Assembly (NCBI RefSeq): GCF_001194135.2
Contig: NC_068991.1
Location: 44,037,660 to 44,095,105, forward strand
DNA from: Octopus bimaculoides
Taxonomy: Eukaryota
Direction of reading: 5' to 3'
DNA: 57,446 bases
Positions 52,041-57,446 of this stretch are shown piece by piece. The notes beneath the pieces were generated by a model. It saw only the letters and a list, made by a program, of their open reading frames with translations, ran no database searches and had not been told where the DNA came from. Each line of letters begins with the position of its first letter. The stretch's first letter is position 1. Made by a program: the position numbers and the translations under genes.

Positions 52041-53756
52041 AAAATGAGATTCTAAATGCAATCATTTATGTCTCATGCACACAGTCTGTCTCTGTCAAGA
52101 CTCCTCTAAATCTCATCTCCATAACACCCATCCCTTCATCATTCTTCTAATTATGATACTATTCACTCAGCAGTCATTGTGTGAGAGCAATACTGCATGT
52201 ATACCATTCCCTTATGTGCTAGCAGTTATCCCTCTCCTTGGAACCATTTTTTTTTTTTGTCACCCATTCCACATTTCTCCTATCATCCCATTTTATTTTC
52301 CACTGAACACCCCTTTTCCCTGAGTTACATCTTATGATGGCCATACCTCATCCTTAACACCCTCTCATATCCTATCATTCTCAACATACTCTCATATCTA
52401 ACATCAATGCCACACCACCATTTTTGTTCGTTGCTCACCTCTGAACTCCATCTCTGTCACTGTGCATCCTTTCTTACCCACCTACTTCTTTTTGTACTGC
52501 CACTTCCTCCTCTCTAACCAACTCCTATTTCCTTCACCTGAAAACAGAGAGAAAACAAAGACTGAAAAATATTCAGACAATGAATATTCATGCATAAATA
52601 TATAGTTAATTATATAGTAACAGATCAGATTTACACAAAGTACAAGGACACAAGAAATTAAGGGGAGAAGGTACGATATTACAGGTCCAACAGCTATTTC
52701 TGGAGTCTCAGAATTACATCATATTGTTGGTAGATGTCATCATCTTCATCATCATCATTTAGCGTCCACTTTCCATGCTGGCATGGGTTAGATGGTTTGA
52801 CTAGAGAGCTGTATCAGGTGCCAGTCTGATTTTGGCTTGGTTTCTATTGCTGGATGCCCTTCCTAATGCCAACCACTCCAAGAGTGTAGTGGGTTCCTCT
52901 AACGTGTCACCAGCACAGGTGCTTTTATGTAGTTCACAAAATGCCAAAGATATGCAACCTGTAGTGGAAGCATATAAACATTTGGTAAATCTGGCCTCCA
53001 TTTTCAGGGTGGAGAGATAGACACCTATCTCTCCACCTGAAGACATGTATATGTACATATTAATGTGAAGTCACATGGCCTAGTGGTTAGGATGTTACAC
53101 TCACAATTACAATATTGTGGTTTCAATTTCTAGACCAGCGGTATGTTGTGTACTTGAGCAGAACACTTCATTTTACATTGCTTCAGGCCACTCAGCTATA
53201 AATGAGTTACCCTGTGATGGACTAACATGCTATTCAGGGGGAACATTGGCCTACCCACTTAGCCAGCAGCACAGCTTTCTCATTCAAGTGCTAAAACTAT
53301 GTGAGGAAGTGCACTGTGACCAGTGGTATGTAACAACATTCTATAGTCTGGTCAATACAGTGATACAGTTCATCATCATTGTCATTGTTTAACGTCTGCT
53401 TTCCATGCTGGCATGGGTTGGATGGTTTGACTAAGAACTGGCAAGCCGGAAAGCTGCAGCAGGATCCAATCTGATATGGCAAGGTTTCTACAGCTCGATC
53501 CCCTTCCTAATGCCAACCACTCAAGAATGTAGCGAGTGCTTTTACGTGCTTTTAAACAGGCCAGTTATGTGACATTGGCATTAGCCACAACTATGATCCC
53601 ACTTGGCATGCTGGGTCTTCCCACCATGGCCGCAGTCAAATGACTGAAACAAGTAAAAGAATATGTATATTAAGATATATATATATATATGAATAATAAG
53701 AAAATGGAGATATTAAAGTTAATAAGAGTTTATTACCAGCAAAAAATTGACCATCA

Positions 53757-53839
53757 TCCCTTACAGATGTTTTGATTAAGCTTAGTGAAATTGAATAAGT
53801 ATTAAAATCATATTTCTGAACTTAATCTCTTCAGAGGGA
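53757..53839 (-). ncRNA. Minimal type-I hammerhead ribozyme motif, left arm of the fold-back (GAAA mutated to AAAA)
   Basis: The minus strand reads tccct-CTGAAGA-gattaagtt...agcttaatc-AAAAC-ATCT-GTA-aggga. Confidence 0.7.
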
Positions 53840-53934
53840 AGAAGAATATGCCTTTATGTGTTAGTTATTTGAATCTTCATGGCTGTGATAGTTCAAATAA
53901 CTAACACATAGAATATCTAAGGGTATATTCTTCC

Positions 53935-54017
53935 TCCCTCTCAAGAGATTAAGCTCAGAAATATGATTTTAATACTTATTTAGTTTCACTAAGCTTAATT
54001 GAAACAGCTGTAAGGGA
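53935..54017 (+). ncRNA. Minimal type-I hammerhead ribozyme motif, right arm of the fold-back (CUGA mutated to CUCA)
   Basis: tccct-CTCAAGA-gattaagct...agcttaatt-GAAAC-AGCT-GTA-aggga. Confidence 0.7.
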
Positions 54018-54219
54018 TAACAATCGATTTTTTTGCTGATAATAAACTGTTATTGACTCCAGTATCTCTGTTTTTTTTTTATTATTCTTGTGCATGTCTA
54101 TAAACCTACTATTTTATGGATATTAACCTCCCCACAAAATATTAGCTATTGAAACAGTATTTTCTTGGATGATACCATCCCTTCATGAGGCTATTATAAC
54201 CTCTATTTGTATTTTATTA

Positions 54220-54261
<42 letters not shown>

Positions 54262-54732
54262 NNNNNNNNNNNNNNNNNNNNNNNNNNNNNNNNNNNNNNN
54301 NNNNNNNNNNNNNNNNNNNNNNNNNNNNNNNNNNNNNNNNNNNNNNNNNNNNNNNNNNNNNNNNNNNNNNNNNNNNNNNNNNNNNNNNNNNNNNNNNNNN
54401 NNNNNNNNNNNNNNNNNNNNNNNNNNNNNNNNNNNNNNNNNNNNNNNNNNNNNNNNNNNNNNNNNNNNNNNNNNNNNNNNNNNNNNNNNNNNNNNNNNNN
54501 NNNNNNNNNNNNNNNNNNNNNNNNNNNNNNNNNNNNNNNNNNNNNNNNNNNNNNNNNNNNNNNNNNNNNNNNNNNNNNNNNNNNNNNNNNNNNNNNNNNN
54601 NNNNNNNNNNNNNNNNNNNNNNNNNNNNNNNNNNNNNNNNNNNNNNNNNNNNNNNNNNNNNNNNNNNNNNNNNNNNNNNNNNNNNNNNNNNNNNNNNNNN
54701 NNNNNNNNNNNNNNNNNNNNNNNNNNNNNNNN

Positions 54733-54764
<32 letters not shown>

Positions 54765-54774
54765 TATCTCTTTC

Positions 54775-54805
<31 letters not shown>

Positions 54806-55926
54806 CATCTGTGTCTTCGCGTATAAAGAAAAAAATAGAAAAGAAGAAAGGAAGAGATGGGGTAAAGAACTGAACAATATCAAGACAAGATTAGCAGATG
54901 TCTTATACATTATGAAATATTTGATTCATTAACACAATCTAAATAATGAAGGTGTTAAAATAGGTATAGCAGTAGATGGGTTAATAAATTCAAATTCTGA
55001 TATTATATATCCTTAAGATATACTTGTAAACAGATCATTAAAAAAAAAAAAAACGAGACATGTCATTAAAAATGAACCATTAATCAAAGAGAAAACAATT
55101 TGCATTTTTTTATTTGTAACTGTATTTATATTTTGCTGGTCTTAATTCTCACTCAAATTTAATCATAGAAATCACTTGTGGTATAAAAATGGAAATGAGT
55201 ATGAAAGAACCCAGATCTGTGATTAACAGCATGAAATAGATAAGAAATTTATTATTCTATTGTCAGTTTTAGGTTTAATTTCCCAGAATTTTATCTTCCA
55301 TAAGATAAAACTCACAATGACATTCCTCAGAATTATCTTTTTCCCACGTTTACAATTTTTTATTTTTATTTTTAATCTTCATTTATTTATTTCAACTTTC
55401 TTTCAGGCAACTAAAAAAAGGTAATGAATTCTACATACCTATTTAAACCATGCCATCATTCTTGTTGAACAGTTCTACACTGAAAAGTTACACAGTACAC
55501 AGATACTTCTAAATATTTGAAAGTATTTCATCAATGCAAAAGATCAGATATGCCAAGCTTCAATATGGTTTTATGATCACATTCAGTATTTTCTCATGTA
55601 ATGTTTTATAATCTGAGATACCATGCTGTGATAATCTGTGTATATTCTATTTCAAATGACTGTCCACTGTACTTTGATATGTCTAGAAGTTTTGGGGAAA
55701 ATTTCTGTCAAAGTGGAAGTGATAACTTTTATCAAAGTATAAGTAGCTTTGTATAAGTACAGGCACCAGTGTGTAGTTGAGAAGTTTACTTCCCATTCAC
55801 ATGGTTTCGAGTTCTGGTTCATTGTATGACCCCTTGGGCAAGTCTCTTCTACGATAACCCTGGATCAACCAATACCTTGTAAGTAGATTTAGTAAATAGA
55901 AATTGAAAGGAGCTTGTCATGTGTTA

Positions 55927-56001
<75 letters not shown>

Positions 56002-56036
56002 CACACACACACATATATATGTATACATACATGTAT

Positions 56037-56075
<39 letters not shown>

Positions 56076-56169
56076 AACAAACACGCACACATTTTTGTCC
56101 CCCAGATTTGTATATACATTTTAACACTTGGTAACTCACATTATTTACATTTCTTTTTAGATTTAACCC

Positions 56170-57040
56170 AGTCAGAAATAATGAAGGATGTCAGACCAAG
56201 CTTTTAAATAAAGGAAATTTGTCTCAAAGTGCCACTAGAAGTTTGAAAATGTAGTTGAAGTGCAAAGATTGTTTAGGAGGGAGTTTCAAACAGTTCCATG
56301 AATATGACCTGCCATCAATCAAACTAGAGACAAGTTCAAAGCAGATACAACTGTTAAGAATGTCCACAAGAATTGTTCCTGAAGACAGTGGACATTGACA
56401 AGCCCCACAAAGCAAGAGAGTATATTAGAACCATATAGCTAGATTTTTAAGAATATCTGTGCAGCAAACAAGTTGGGAGATATAAATTTCAAAATCAAGC
56501 ATCCATCAAATTTTGATGTGCTACCTTTGGAAAAGTTACATTCCAGGAATAGTTCATGCTCTCAATGGAGATGATCCAGATCAAAGAGCGGAGTTTTGTG
56601 AGCGGTACTTGACAAGATGTGTAGAAGATACACTCTTTCCAACAAAGATTGTTTTGAGTGATGAGACATTTAAATTAAATGGTTCAATTGTCACAATTGA
56701 ACCTACTGGAAACCTGAGAATTTGTATATCATGGAGAGACATCATGTTAATTTATCGATAGTTATATTATGGTGTGGTTTACCATCAAAAGGCTTAACTG
56801 CACCATTCTATTTTGACAGTACAATGATTGGTCCTATTTACTTGAACTATAAACTATCTGTGACAATCTATCAAGTCAAGCATTCAAGAGGACTTTGAAG
56901 ATTTGGAGTTTTATTTCCAGCAAGATGGAGCATCCTTATTCTAACATAGAGCCTACTTTGGTAAGATTTTACCAAAGACATAAGTTGGATGAGAAGGTTC
57001 AGTAGAATACCAATGTTTCATTCATCCATGAAAAAAAACC
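56170..57040 (+). mobile_element. Decayed Tc1/mariner-superfamily (maT-like) transposase
   Basis: HTH-like KFENVVEVQRLFRREFQT...RDKF, then [16 protein letters not shown]...[12 protein letters not shown] (first D) and FYFQQDGA (second D). Many stops. Confidence 0.8.
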
Positions 57041-57446
57041 TACAATGCACACCGATAGAGATTCAACTGCTAATTATATCAAGGCAGTGCATCTGTCTAG
57101 AGACTCCCTCACTAGCTCATGTTTTAGAAGCATTATAATGTACTGTTTGATGATGATGATTGCCTCATTTAATCAGATGCTAGCCATTTTACATTATAGT
57201 GAAACATCTGTATCATCATCATCATCATCATCATCGTTTAACGTCCGCTTTCCATGCTAGCATGGGTTGGACGATTTGACTGAGGACTGGTGAAACCGGA
57301 TGGCAACACCAGGCTCCAGTCTAATTTGGCAGAGTTTCTACAGCTGGATGCCCTTCCTAACGCCAACCACTCAGAGAGTGTAGTGGGTGCTTTTACGTGT
57401 CACCCTCATGAAAACGGCCACGCTCGAAATGGTGTCTTTTATGTGC

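Larger units (their letters stand above)
53706..54068. repeat. ~360-bp imperfect palindrome (fold-back) with ~170-bp arms and an ~18-nt spacer
   Basis: Inner arms tatgtgttagttatttgaa / ttcaaataactaacacata are a perfect 19-bp match. Similarity continues outward through both hammerhead motifs. Confidence 0.92.

Noticed and set aside
52684-52745. Minus-strand GAAAT-AGCT-GTT resembling a hammerhead 3' half
   Set aside because: Several core mismatches and no recoverable CUGANGA.

Overview
AT-rich, microsatellite- and retroposon-dense animal genomic DNA with about 10 assembly gaps. The repeat families suggest a coleoid cephalopod (Octopus-like); this is inference, not a database result. The only host gene I can support is the 3' two-thirds of XRCC3, a RAD51 paralogue, on the + strand. 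It has three coding exons (17371-17522, 30928-31140, 36782-37039) that splice in frame with canonical AG/GT sites. Its 5' exons, including Walker A, are not visible. The rest is decayed mobile DNA: mariner and Tc1-like transposase relics, MITEs, RTE-type LINE fragments, one RLE-type (HERO/NeSL-like) retrotransposon, a Penelope-like RT fragment and several tRNA-headed SINE families. The most unusual signal is a dispersed family of minimal type-I hammerhead-ribozyme motifs (CUGANGA, stem II, GAAAC, palindromic tetraloop, GUA). The best case is an inverted pair inside a ~360-bp fold-back at 53.7-54.07 kb. Each arm is mutated in a different part of the core, but together they reconstruct a perfect ribozyme. 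Repeat boundaries were read by eye and are approximate unless a TSD or TIR is quoted.
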